Below the pieces are notes generated by a model. It ran no database searches and was not told where the DNA came from. It saw nothing but the letters and a program-made list of their open reading frames with translations. A program made the position numbers and the translations under genes. From assembly GCA_036172245.1 (NCBI GenBank), contig JAYWIR010000035.1:2108001-2172000 (forward strand): a DNA stretch of 64,000 bases. The letters are read 5' to 3'. Source of the stretch: Raillietiella orientalis. Lineage: Eukaryota. Of this stretch, positions 51,601 to 63,651 are shown piece by piece; the first letter of the stretch is position 1, and every line of letters begins with the position of its first letter.

Positions 51601-54600
51601 TGCTACTCGAGAATGCAGCATTAACAGTTACTGGATGCGATAGCGCACATTCAGCGAGAATTCAGTGTCGATGCAAACTAGTTTAAATTGAAGTTTTACA
51701 AAGTATGGTCCATTTGAAGGCAAGTGAAAATCTGACACAGAAGTCATTGTAGAAGTTATTTTCCTGTAAATAATTATTATGCATTACCAGTAAAGAGGAA
51801 AGGGAATTTTTTCCAAGAATGGAAGGCTAAATAAATTCTTAGGGGAATTCCTTCAAGAATGAAGAACTTAATAAATTGAAAGCATGGAAATTTGGAGAAT
51901 AATAAAAAAAATCATGTCACACAACACATAGATCCTACACTTGTGAAGACGATTTTGAGCATACAAGATCATTGATAATTACATAAGATAAATTGATCAA
52001 CATTTTATCAGGGTTTTGAAATGAAGTTTTGGTAGTTTAGTTATTTCATGGCTCTTCTGTGTAGAAAGTAACAGTGAAAAATATGAAGTGTTTAGCAACA
52101 GAAGTAATGGAAAATTCACAAGTAATGCCAAATGATGTTATGATCTAATATTAAGTTTTTAAGATAAGAAACTAGAGGCAAAGAAAAGATGCCTCATAGA
52201 TTGTCATGGAAAGCCAATGGCAAACCAGTTTCCATCAAACTATGCTAATGTGGTGCTATGCTGTATGTTTGGATCCTTGAAGGAATTGTTGACAGATGTG
52301 CATTAGGTTTGCAGCTAGATGAGCTTAGGATTGATTGAATAGTCACAATTTCATCACAGAAAATGGAATAGAAAGAAGCATAAAAATTTAAATAGAAATA
52401 AGCATAAAAAGTGCGATAAATTCATCACTGAATTCCTTAAAATTTCTAGCTCTTTTGCATTTGACATTTGATTAACAACACTTGGGATGCATAAGGTTTG
52501 CTTAGAGTATCTACAATATGGGTGAAATTAGGAGCTGCTAGCAACAAAGGGAAGCAAAGAGAAAAATAAAGGTGTAGGAAAAGAAAATCAAATGAACAAA
52601 TAAACATGCAGATATATAGTTTTTTTTTTTGCCATTTGCCTGAATTTCCATGAAATTAAACAAATCCAAAAGATCTTTTGATTCTATTGTGAGTGTACAA
52701 AATAGAAGATGAAACTGATTGGGATGAAATGAAAACAAAAAAAATTACTATTCAATCAAGAAAATGGTTATAGTCCATGCCATTGGGAAATTTGCATGGC
52801 CAGGTTTTCACAACTGGACCTAAGAAGAAGATGGGTTGCTGTGTGAGGATTTCCCATATGATGTCTCCCTCTGTATTTGTATTGCTTATCAGCATATTGC
52901 AAGATTTCTAATTTGATGGTGAGGAGGTATTTTCGAATGATGAATTATGTGTTTGGAGCATTTTGCAGCAGTTCTACATACTAGATGTTTTAAGGATGGC
53001 ATATATGTAAATCAGGTGATAGATGTTTGGCATCTGGTTTCTTGTTGCTGCATTCAGTATTTGAAGTTAAGGTGATTGAGTGATGGTTGTTATGTAGTGC
53101 AGGTATGCTTGCTGAGGATTCTTCATTGGTCGGTACTAGTAGTGTGGTGAAGGATCTGGTGTATGGTTCACTATTCTGCTTTTCTTATTGTTGCCTGGAT
53201 GTCACCTATAAACAATATCTCTAGTTCAGAACTTCAGGAAAATTAGTTTTATTCAAAATGACAAAGTGTATAGGAATTTTTGCACCTTTGCAATGCAAAG
53301 GGTGGTTGGGCAGAATGATGCTGACATGTGTTTGGCACTATTGTGGAATATGAACAGAATGAAGATGATGGTGTTTGTAAGACTGAAGAGGAAATATTTG
53401 GATTTGGTATCTCATTTGTAATGTGTGCTGTACATTCATGTGAAAATATCTGCTTGATGAGAACACATTTGTCAGGGCATGAGCAGTGGATTGTGAATGG
53501 AGCTGTATTGCCTGTTGGGAGAATTTTCTAGTGGCAAAGGTATTTGGAAATGCTGTATGACTTTGAAGTTTTCCAAATTAACTTGTGCATAATGAATAAA
53601 TGCATCATTGTTTCCTATAGTTTTGTGGATGTGGGAAGGGTAATTTGGGCAGTTATCTCATGGAAGTTTTGAAGTTAAATGTTGTGGATGTGCTACCAGT
53701 GTTGGATGTACTACCAGTGTCTGTAGATTTCAACTGGTAATGCAAAAATCTGCGGAATCGGAGAGATCTGTTAATCCATGGTATTTCAAATCAAATAGGA
53801 TACCATTTTTAAATTGTTCAAGAAATATTTATTGTACATAATTCTTCATTTCCTTGGTAGAAGTCTATAGTTATAATTTTTCATAGTTACATAGATGTGT
53901 GGCGACTTTTTTTTTTTTTTTTTTTTACACTTTTGAAACAACTATCCCTTTTGTTGAGAAGCATATGCATTGCAAATGTATTTTCGTTTCTGTTGCCCAG
54001 TAATTATGTAAGGTATATACGGTACAGTAAATGGAGTAAAGTAAAATGGAGATGTACTTGGCTGAAGTGCTTCCTTATATTCCATTCTGAAGGCCATTTT
54101 TAGGTTTAATCATGGAATAAATGAAACCTCATACTGCTAAAAGGAGAAGTAGCATCTCTATCACCTTAATGTTGGGCATGTTGATGAATGAATCCGGATT
54201 CAGGTTTCAAATATTCTGAATTTTGATACAAACATTTGGTAGCTGGTGTTTTGTGTATTTTGAACGGAGCTTGTTACACTATAAGAATTAGATTGCTTAC
54301 TTCAATTATTCATCAGATCTTGTGAAGAAAATTGTTTTTGAAATAACTGGAATGAATTAGGATTTCGTCAACAGTGGCTTTCTTAAAAGTGAGCAGTAAT
54401 TTGAATTGTTTTTCTTCCTATTTCCCCTCAATAAGCTGTATCATTTTTTATCTCATTAAGCTGTATTGCCAGTTGATTTGATCAAAACGAAGTTCCATAT
54501 GAGTGTAGAACTCTGGAATGTTTTCATTGTTTCAGTCTATGTTAGGTGGCTGTAAAGAGCTGCTTATAAGCAAACCTTAACTCGGTAGAAGGTAGAGTAA

Positions 54601-54793
54601 GCTCTCTGGTATAGTATGAAGTCAATGGGAAAGCTGAAGGAGTCAGAATAGTCAAAATGTTTATGGTGTGCAATATTTGTCTGCAGATCACCATCTACTG
54701 ATTATGGCATATTTGATAACGCAATTGTAACAACTGAAATGATGTAACTAGAAATCATGAATATTTCAATAAGTAAGGATGCTTTGGTGCCAT

Positions 54794-54835
54794 CATGGTG
54801 AGGAAAGAAGGTTTTTACCTTCTTTCCTCACCATG
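54794..54835. repeat. Perfect hairpin, 19-bp stem and TTTT loop
   Basis: catggtgaggaaagaaggt-tttt-accttctttcctcaccatg. Confidence 0.9.
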
Positions 54836-55049
54836 TATTCATTCCTCACCGGTATTTGGCTGAATATGTGGGGTTGTTAGTGAGATTTCCTTGAAGGATG
54901 GTGTAATTTGAATCGCAATTTTCAGGCATAGTACTCGTGTTTTTTTCATTTACCATTACCAGAAAGTTACCATGAAAAGAAGCATTGGGTGATAATTCAT
55001 TGCTTTTCATTAATTTGCATCTTTTTGTTTTCTCTTCCTCTTCGTCGTC

Positions 55050-55927
55050 TCACGTGTACACGTGCGTGATCAGGTGGCGAAAACGAGGATATGTTGAGTG
55101 TTGAAGTACATGATGGGTTCCTGATATTTGCGATCGAGGGTGATTCCATTTTTGAGAGACTCGATGAACCCGTATTCTACGAGGTCGCGGTTGTCCCGGG
55201 TTAGGTCAATGAGTATTATTTTCTCGCCTTTGTAAAGATGTGCAGCGTCGGCCTTTTTGCATGATTCTAGATAAATGACGGAACGTTTCAAGAACAACTA
55301 TTTGGTAAAGGTGGTTTTGCCACCGTTGTCCCTTTGGTCCTTTATCCATATTATGTTTCTGAGATGGGGTGGTTGCTTTAATATTTCAAGTATGGTGAAT
55401 TGCCACTCTCTGAGGCGTAGTCCTGGCATCGGATTTGGATGGGTAGTATCTCATGGGGACGGGAACATTTCTTAATAAAGTTTATGTTTTTGTATGAGAG
55501 AGTGTGATGTTCCAGTAAGTATTTTTCGTCGTGACTAGTTTTAATTAGCTGTAGGATTACTGGTATAAGCAATAAGTTTTTAAGGAAGGCTACTTTTCGT
55601 AGCAGTTATCGGTTTCATCGTTGTCTAAGCAACCGAATGTCCGTGGATGTTTGTTCTGTTTGGAACAGTAGTGTTGCTTGCTTTGCGGACTTCCTGGTCT
55701 GGACTTGCTGGCTTCAGGTCTGATCGTTGCAGTGGAGGTCGGCGTACCTGTGTAAGAGTCCTGGACTCGTGCAGTTGTATGTAGCCTTGGATGTGCGGTG
55801 TGTTCTGGCTGCCGGTTTCCTTGCCCAGGATGGCGTAGCGCAGTCGGCATCATTTCTTAAGACTGAGAGATTCGTCGTTGTAGTTATTGACGGTGAGGCA
55901 CCAAAAACTTTACGGCGAGCAAGGCGT
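55050..55927 (-). pseudogene. rep: Endogenous CRESS-DNA virus Rep (HUH endonuclease + SF3 helicase), near full length, disrupted
   Basis: Across frameshifts and stops: WCLTVNN (motif I), TPHIQGYIQL (II), HYCSK (III), LREWQ, IIWIKDQRDNGGKTT (Walker A), ILIDLTR (Walker B), ESLKNG, ILVFAT (motif C region). TATATAAA (minus strand) at 55982-55989. Confidence 0.9.
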
Positions 55928-57354
55928 GGTTGCACTGTGAGCTCGTTAGTTGTAAGACTGATTTGTTATGTACTTTGAGAGTTTATATAGTCAAGGGACA
56001 GGGGCATAAATGAATAGTATTGTGTATCTTTCGTGTATAGAAATTTTTTTTTAAAATTTTTATTTCGGCATTTACACTAAATTTTTCCCTTATTTTGGGA
56101 AATGGACAGATTTTGTACAATAGTAAGGTATTATAACTAACAAATTCGATTAATAAAGTTTAATAGTTCACTTTCAGTTATTGTTGAGAGGGATTATTGA
56201 GGTTACACATGGGATCACACAAGTCAAGATGAGGGTCATATGCTATCATTCTACAGAGATTTAGGATAGCAAAAGCTATGTGCTAAGCTTGTGCTACCGT
56301 TTGGAGATCTTCGGCTTCAGGGGCACAGGTACTAGTGACAGCGTCCATGGACGTCACAGGTGAAGAAGTATTGGTGTTAGTTTCTGAGGGTGGACACTGG
56401 AGCAGCAACGCTGATGTGTCTTGGAAAGAAATGCTCTGATGGGAGATTGTGTTCTTGGATAGGTCCATTTTGGCCGTTCGGCACATATATGTGTGTGATT
56501 TAGATGTCCTGGGAGAACTTCATCATTTCCCGACACTTATGTCCTGCAATTGTTTTTACGATGTGAGAGGAAAGCCCAGAGAGCCTCAGTATTTTGTCAT
56601 TCTACGAGTCCCACGAACCAAGGGCACCATCCACAATTGCTTGGTTAATTGTGGGGAGTCCTTGCTCACGTAGACGGGTTTGAAGGTCGACGTATTTATT
56701 TATATTCGACTCGCGTGCACGAATGAAGGAGGGGTGTCTATTTTTGAAGGAAATCTCTAAATCCAGGATTACTGCGATCGTCTGGACCCTCTAGTTGTCG
56801 GGTCGCAAGGTTGAGTTGTCGGTCGTAACTCTTCTGTCCATCAGTGCAATGGACAATCTTTGGCTTAGAAGGGTGAACAGCATGTGCACTACGCAGTTAT
56901 GCCACATTGTAATGGTTGAGCTTAGGTGGGCGGAGAAGTAGCACAAGTAGCACATTAGCAAGCGTTTCTTTCGGTACGCTCGTCGTCTTCATTATTCAAG
57001 TCTGTCTGTATAGGAAGGCCATCTCATGTTGGTAGGGACGCCATGGATACCGGGTACAGTCCCACGCATTCCATTGTTCTGCTTTGATGAGGTCTCCTTT
57101 ATAGGGAAATGTGTTTGTCATTTCGGAACAGAAACCCGATAGTACGGGCAACTTGTCGCCGTTGTCCTTGGTTGTGTATTTTGCTGAATCGTTTATGTTA
57201 AAGTTGGGAAAGATTTCACATACATCCTGTAGCTCCCATGTAATGTGGAGTGTTTAGTGGCTTCCCGTACTAGGGACCACATCCTTCGAGGGTCACCGGA
57301 TTGGCGGTCTACTGGAGGGTTACAGCAGCCATTGAAGCGGATATGTCGGGGAAT

Positions 57355-57940
57355 GTATTATTAAAATTTTATAATGAAGTGTATGACTGCTTTCCAGGCG
57401 GAACACGAGGTTCTGCCTGTCTTGCAACACTTGTCTTTACCGGTTTACAGGCCGGTGAGCTCACCGCTGGCGAAGGGGATGGGAAAACCACAAAAAAACA
57501 AAAAAAAAATAAAGACAAGGGGAGGCAATGTTCTCTAGGAAGGAGAGGGAAGGGAAGAGATAACTGCTAGCCGCGGTTGGTTCTCTGCATCCGGTTTTGG
57601 ATGCAGACAAGTGCAGGTCTTAAGGTTCGAAGCGGCGCCATCGGAAAGTCTTCTCCATGCAGATGGTGGCCCAGTGAATGTCATTCCGGCTGCTGCCTCT
57701 TGACGCAGTCCACTTGTCCCGGATTCCGCATATGCAGCAGATAACTGCAACACACGAGGCTGCTGGCAGGGCGTCCCGCATCAAGAGGGGACGAAAAATG
57801 TTTCTCGGGTCGCACACCGACATGTTCAGGATCGACGATAGTCGATTCCACATTGGGCAGAGGACGACACTATTATCAGGTGCAGGAAGATTTCCCTTCC
57901 CTCGCAGCCTGCACAATTGGCATCCACACTCTCCTGCCCT
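57355..57940 (-). mobile_element. L1/Tx1-like LINE 3' fragment (zf-RVT region + 3'UTR)
   Basis: VDANCAGCEGREIFLHL / CPMWNRLSSIL..DAL..VAVICCICGI is homologous to the ORF2 C-terminus at 61699-62181. The 3' boundary is approximate. Confidence 0.75.
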
Positions 57941-58530
57941 TGTGAGTGGACGTGTTTGCGCATCGCTCCGAGGACTGCTGGTTGGGGAGCTTTTTCTTTT
58001 GAGTGCATGTGGTGTGTGGGGTCGCCGGTGTCCCATGGCAGCGATGCCTGAGGACACTGCGATGGAGACTGGGGAGGGAGAGGCGAGTTCCTCTTCCCCA
58101 CCCACGGCGGTGGGGTATCTGCACCCAAGGAACCCGGGCACGCGCCCCATCGGAATCTGGAGTAACCCCGTTTTTGCCCCTTCGCGACCCTCTTTGCCGC
58201 CGGCGAGGAGCTGGATTGCCGTGGCTGGAGCCCCATCTGCTGGAGCCGTGGCGGAGCAGACTGCCTACATGGCCAGTGGCTAAAAGCCATCCCTGGTCTA
58301 CAGGGTAGGTAATCTGTTTGAGGAAGACTGCACGTTCTTTCGAAAGGGAACTGCGGCGTTTGAATGTGAGAGGAAGACCTTGAGTGCCTCTCCGTCCTTA
58401 GTGAGGGTCAGCGAGTTTAGCTGATTTGCAAAGATGCAAGTTTGGCGCAGCGCTTGCTGAACACCCCCAATACGGTGGAAGGACGCAAGATCTTCCCTGT
58501 GACGGAGAACCGTTCCGTTGTTTCACACCA
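57941..58530 (+). mobile_element. LINE 5'UTR + ORF1 N-terminus (disrupted), inverted relative to the adjacent ORF2 fragment
   Basis: Shares ggacgtgttt and ggcagcgatgcctga, plus RSWIAVAGAPS..AEQTAYMASG*KPSLVYRVGNL, with 63560-64000; in-frame stop at 58281. Confidence 0.65.
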
Positions 58531-58533
58531 GGG

Positions 58534-59257
58534 TGCATTTATTATCAGAATAAACATGTAAGTGTAGGGCCGTAGGCCCTACAACGTCTCAAAACAAATT
58601 GGGAACTTTCCGAGTGACCGGCATGCAGACTGGCGAAGATCGACTCGGCAGCGGAGGGGGAAGGGACAAAAAAAACAAAAAAGAAAACACTATTTACAAA
58701 ACCAGGGGGGAGCATGGAAGGGGATCACTTTCCGCTGGAGGTCGCCCTCTACATCCTTTGCAGGATGTGGACAAGTTCCGTCTGGATACGTCCCAGATGG
58801 GGCCATGCAGCTGCTGTCCTCAGGATGCGCAGAGTGGAGCAGATGACTCCTATCGTGCTGTGCACCAGTGGCGTTGCTCCAGGCCGCCACAATTCCACGT
58901 AGGCAGCAAAGGGCTGCTAGGACTGCGGCAGGCTAAAGGGCGTCGCGCACAAAGAAGCGCTTAAACACGTCTCTAGGAGCGTTCGAAGGAGCACCAACGG
59001 CCATCCCGAAACAACCACAAGGGCCGGAGGGCAACACAGTCAAGAAGCAGGTGCGGGAGGGATTCTCGTTCCCCGCACCTCATACAGTTCGGGTCCACTG
59101 CCCCCCCGGTCCAGTGAGATCAGCGGGCGTCGCTAGGAAGTCCTCAGTGCAACAAGAAATGCCGACTGCGCTACGAGGCCTCCATCGCGACGCGGAGCGC
59201 ACAAGTCCTTCAGGCGGACTCGGAACCTCCTTTTGCACCAAAGGGCAATTCTCAGGA
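58534..59257 (-). mobile_element. Internally deleted L1/Tx1-like ORF2 3' fragment + 3'UTR
   Basis: RVRLKDLCAPRRDGGL is joined closely to GAVDPNCMRCGERESLPHLLLDC..LCCLRGIVAAW; ends in AATAAATGC. Confidence 0.8.
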
Positions 59258-59579
59258 GTGTTTTCTGTGTTTTCTATCATGGTTCTTGTTGTCCAGGCTT
59301 CTTTGTCTTCTTTTTGGCAATATTCTGAAGCTTGTTGTGGTGTTCCCTTTGCCTTTTCTAAGTGGCATCTTTTGAAGTGAGGCATAGCTTTGAGCTTGTT
59401 AATCGTTGTAGGTGTTTGAAGTTGAAAAAAGCCTTGTATGTCTTGGATTCCTTGTTCTCCAGTTTCTTTTGCGAGAATGCTGTATTAGGTATGTTGTTCT
59501 GTCCATGCTTTAAGGTTTTGCAGTTCTTTGTGTAATTATCTAAGGTTAAGCACCAGTTATAGGATACTGCGTACGCCAT
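59258..59579 (-). pseudogene. rep: Second endogenous CRESS Rep fragment (HUH domain only)
   Basis: MAYAVSYNWCLTLDNY (motif I), frameshift, KETGEQGIQDIQGFFQL (II, His lost), HLEKAKGTPQQASEYCQKE (III); abuts LINE sequence at 59257. Confidence 0.85.
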
Positions 59580-59631
59580 GATGTCTCCTTGTTTTGCGGT
59601 TGTGTCTTTCCACCCGGGTGCGCCGGGACGT

Positions 59632-61476
59632 TTATTAAAAAACCATCTGAGAACAAAGATTCTCAGACAACGATACAAGAAGAAAAACAAGAGGGAACTC
59701 CGACACGCAGGTCGGTAAACCGAAGAATCCGGAACAGGAGGGAGGGGGGACACGGAAAACAAAAGTATTTGAAAAATATATATATATATAAATCTTTGGA
59801 GAGATTTGGGGACAGGGGACTTTCGCGTTAAACGTTCCTTGATCTCAGAGCCGGCGTTGTATGCTAGAGATTTCCTTCCTGACGTCTTCTAAAAGATGAC
59901 GCCACCTGGCTGCCGACGTCATGTTGTCGACGGCGATTCCAGTGACGTCTAGGAAAATGGAATGAGACTAAAATTGGCGGCGGGCCTTCACGATGGCGCG
60001 GACGCAGCAGATTGTTGCAACGATCGCACATAACCATAGGCCGCCTCGAGGGAAGAAGCGGCGCATTAAGGTCCGTGCGGTGTCCTCTCGGTGTCGCAGA
60101 GCTGATGTGGACATGGAGCTGCGTTCCTCGCCCCATCTGTGGAGGCATCAGCCGGGAGCACGGCGGATAGGAGAGCAGAAGCGCACCTGTCTCCGCCGCA
60201 CCGCTCGCGGCTGGCTCGGTGGAGTCGAGGACCATTGCCTCGGACTCCAAGGAGCATCGGGAACCGTTCCCGGCATCAGGCTCTTGCCTGGCAAGTTTCG
60301 GCTTGCGCGCAACCCTGGCCTTGACCGGGGCTTGACGATCCTTTGCGCTGCCTTCGGACTCCACCTCGGAGTTCGAATTCCGCGCGCGCGGCGGGCGTTT
60401 CGCCTACCTCTTCTGCTGGCAGCTCGGAGCTGGTCCAGCATTCTTGGAGGGTGCCTTCGTCGCCGATCCCCCTTTCGGGGTCACGGCATCGGCAGCTCCC
60501 GTCGCCGCGGGTGTTTGCGACGGCGCGCGCGGCGGCAGCAGAGGCTTTTTCTTGCGCCTTCCTTGGCGCGCGGGGCTGCCTCTTCACCCCGCCTAGCTTT
60601 TTAATGGGGAAGTGGGAAGGATCGCGCAGTTTGCGCTCCTTCTTCCTCCCCCCAACGTGGGTCCAGCCAACCTCGTCGCCCTCGGGTTTGCCTCGGTTGA
60701 GCGCGAGGGCTTCCAGGGTCATCCGCATACTTTCCAAGGCCTCCGATGCAACGATGGCGGCCAGTGTGTCCTTCGCCACGTCTGCCTTATGCTCCTCCTT
60801 ACCGGAAGGTGCGGGCAGAGTGGCGGGATCCTTTGAGATCGCGCGAGGATTTTCAGCCTTTGCCGCTGATTGGCTCGCCGTGGCTGGCTTGCCTTTCGCG
60901 GGCAAAGGGGCGCGGGACCCCTTTTTCGTTAGACTTCCCGGGCGTGCCACTGCTATTTCGCTGCGGAGCGGGAGCGGACGGAAGCGACTGTTTTGCACCC
61001 TGTCCGATGTTGTCGGCGGGCTGGGTCGCTCGGGGCTTTACTGCAACAGCTTGCTGAAGCTTTTTGCCCTTTCTCGCGGGCTTTTGTGGAGCATTGCTCC
61101 CAGAAACGCTCGCGAAAGCGGACTTTTTACTTCTCCGCTGCGGATCCTCGTTCGTGCCGGATTTCTTCCCCGACGACGGGGCGCATGGAGTCGGCGCGGA
61201 CGGCGATGTTGCGGGGAGGTTTCTCGTCCTGCTCTTACGTTTCAGCTCGGCGCACTCGTTAATCGAGTGGCTGAGCAGTTTGCAGTATCGGCAACTGCGT
61301 GTTGGGCACTTACGCGTGCGGTGGCCCTCCTTTCCGCAGTTGCCGCATTTCGGGGTTTGCCCGGCAAACAGGAGATAGACGACGACGTCACCGAGGAGGA
61401 TCTGCGAAGGCATCAGCCTCCGGTCGTCCATGGTGACGCGCACCGTGGCGATTCTCACCCAGATATGCCGGGGCAT
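59632..61476 (-). mobile_element. L1/Tx1-like ORF1 C-terminal part with two zinc knuckles, followed by a 3'UTR-like tail and no ORF2
   Basis: FAGQTPKCGNCGKEGHRTRKC and CRYCKLLSHSINEC (CX2CX4HX4C twice) in ORF 60853-61476, then frameshifted basic low-complexity ORFs to 59864; AATAAA (minus strand) near 59632. Confidence 0.75.
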
Positions 61477-63556
61477 TTATTTGTGAAAATAAAAATACAA
61501 AGAATTGTCGAGTGGCGAACTCGAAGGTCCACACCAAAACAGCTTGCTTCTTGCCGGCTTTATGCCGGCGAGGTACTTCCGATGCGCGGGGGTTGGGAAA
61601 GAAGAAACAAAAACTAAAAGTCAGAATATAAGGGGAAGAACAAATGTTTTAGGGGTGGGAGGGCAGGGAAGGGATCACTGAGCGCACGGATAGGTCCTCT
61701 AGATGATATTCAGGATCCGCACAAGCTGAGTCCTCTCAGCGCCTGAGTGGTGCCACTTGCAAACACTGCGCGCGAAAAGGCGAGTCCAGTGTAAGGCGTT
61801 GTCGGTTGGCTGACGCCTTCTTCTGGTGGCATTCCAAGCCGCCACTATTCCTCTGATGCAGCAGAGGACTGCTACACTAGCAAGCGGGGACAAGGCGTCA
61901 CTACAGAAGAGGCGCCTTAAAACGTCCTTTGGGCCGCATCCGCGCAAGTCCAGGATCCTCGCGAGACGATCCCACAAAGGGCGGACGGCGCTACACTCAA
62001 GGAGAAGGTGGGGGAATGTTTCCTTTTCCCCACACCGGTCACAATTGGGATCCACAGCCCCCCGGGTGGTGTGGTGCAGGCGTGCTTTGAATGGTAATCC
62101 CCAGAGTACCACAAGCAACGCCACATCCTGCCATTTCAGGGGGAGGGATGCACTGTTCCAGGACGCTGGGGGCCACTTCATCTCCTCCGGAGACAGTCCG
62201 AGTAGCTCGCCCCAGCGTCGAATTCCGTTGGGCGGGACATTCGGCGTCGCAGCGTCAGCTAGCTAACGAGATGTCCACGCCTTTATCGATTGTGTCCTTC
62301 CGTTTACGGTGCAGGACACGGTCCATTTCCCCAGCTCCCTACTGTCCCTGGCACTGATGAGAAAGGGCAGCACTGTGGCAAGGGGGGTTATCAAAGCCCA
62401 CATAAGCTTGTCGTGGGACTGCACGATCTCCTGCAGCGCACAGCGGGCATGCCTTTTCAGGCAAGTATTCTTTGTGCCAGCCGGTACGTAGATCTTTTCC
62501 CAGGTGGAGACCGACTCGTGCAACCAGGCAGAGTAGTTCCATGGGAGGCAGGAGATCCAGGCGTTCTCCCGAACCGCAACGAAGATGCGTCGCAGCATAG
62601 AGCCACAGTGTGCTCTTCTGCAGACGCGCGCAGACAGAAACGACAAAAGTCTGCCGGATCCGCAGGTTCGTTGGGCCAGGAGGCGTGCTGGAACGCACCA
62701 AGGCGTGTCCCACAATTCGGCCGCGAGGGCGAGAGTCCTGAATTGGAGTTGCAGTTCCATGCGCTGCAACGTAAGTACGCCAAGTTCTCCGTCCTTACGT
62801 GGAGCGCACAAGTCTTTGAGCCTCACACGGGACCTCCCTTTGCCCCAAAGGACTGTCCTCAGGACGCCCGCTGCTCTTTTCCGAACAAAATGAGGGGCGG
62901 GGCACAAAAAGTAGGGGGAGAAGAAGGGGGGCCGCAAACGCGTTCCACACCTCGGCACGTTCCTGCAAGTGGAACTTGCTTTCCTGGAACGGACCGATCG
63001 CCAACGCTGCCTCTTGGAGACGGTCGGACCAGGCTTCTGCTGCGCAGAAGTCCCCCAACGGAACGCCAAGGTACTTGAAGCACCTGCCCGTGGGGATCCC
63101 CAAGCGGATCCAGTCCGACCGTCCAGCCCACGCCGAGCCAACACAAGCCATCGACGACTTCGCCCTGTTCACCTCCAGGCCCGTCCCGCGGCGCAGCAAC
63201 TGGAAGAATTCCTCGAGCGCACTCGCCGGGGTGGACCCGGGAAGCAGCAGCAGAAGATCGTCTGCATAGGCCGACACGGCAGGCGTGCCGGCACACGAGC
63301 TCGGCAGAGTTGCCAGTCACCCTGTATGCCCTCAGCACCAACTCGAAGTAGATGCTGAAGAGCAAGGGGCTCAGGCTGTCACCCTGCCGGATGCCGCAGC
63401 GCACTGGCACGCCGTACACGTGCCGGCCGCTGAAACCAATATTTATGTACGCGTTGCGCCAGCACGAGCGCAGGTAATACCGGAGCACGGACGGCAAACC
63501 CATGCGTTCCAGGAGCTCCAGAAGGAGATCCTGGTCGACGCAGTCGAAGGCCTTGT
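61474..63556 (-). mobile_element. L1/Tx1-clade LINE ORF2 (RT C-half + zf-RVT) + 3'UTR, 5'-truncated and frameshifted
   Basis: KAFDCV, GIRQGDSLSPLLF, AYADD, GLEVNRAKS, FKYLGVPL, LCAPRKDGELG, CDRCGEKETFPHLLLEC across several frameshifts; ends in AATAAATGC. Confidence 0.92.
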
Positions 63557-63651
63557 GCGCTCTAGGGCGGACGTGTTTTCTCGGTGCTCCTCGTGCCAGG
63601 AAGTCTCCCCCAGTGCAAGCGTCGTGTGGTTCGGTGGTCGATCAGGCAGCG

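Noticed and set aside
56015..56023. TAGTATTGT as a CRESS nonanucleotide origin
   Set aside because: Two mismatches to TAGTATTAC and no flanking stem, in AT-rich sequence.
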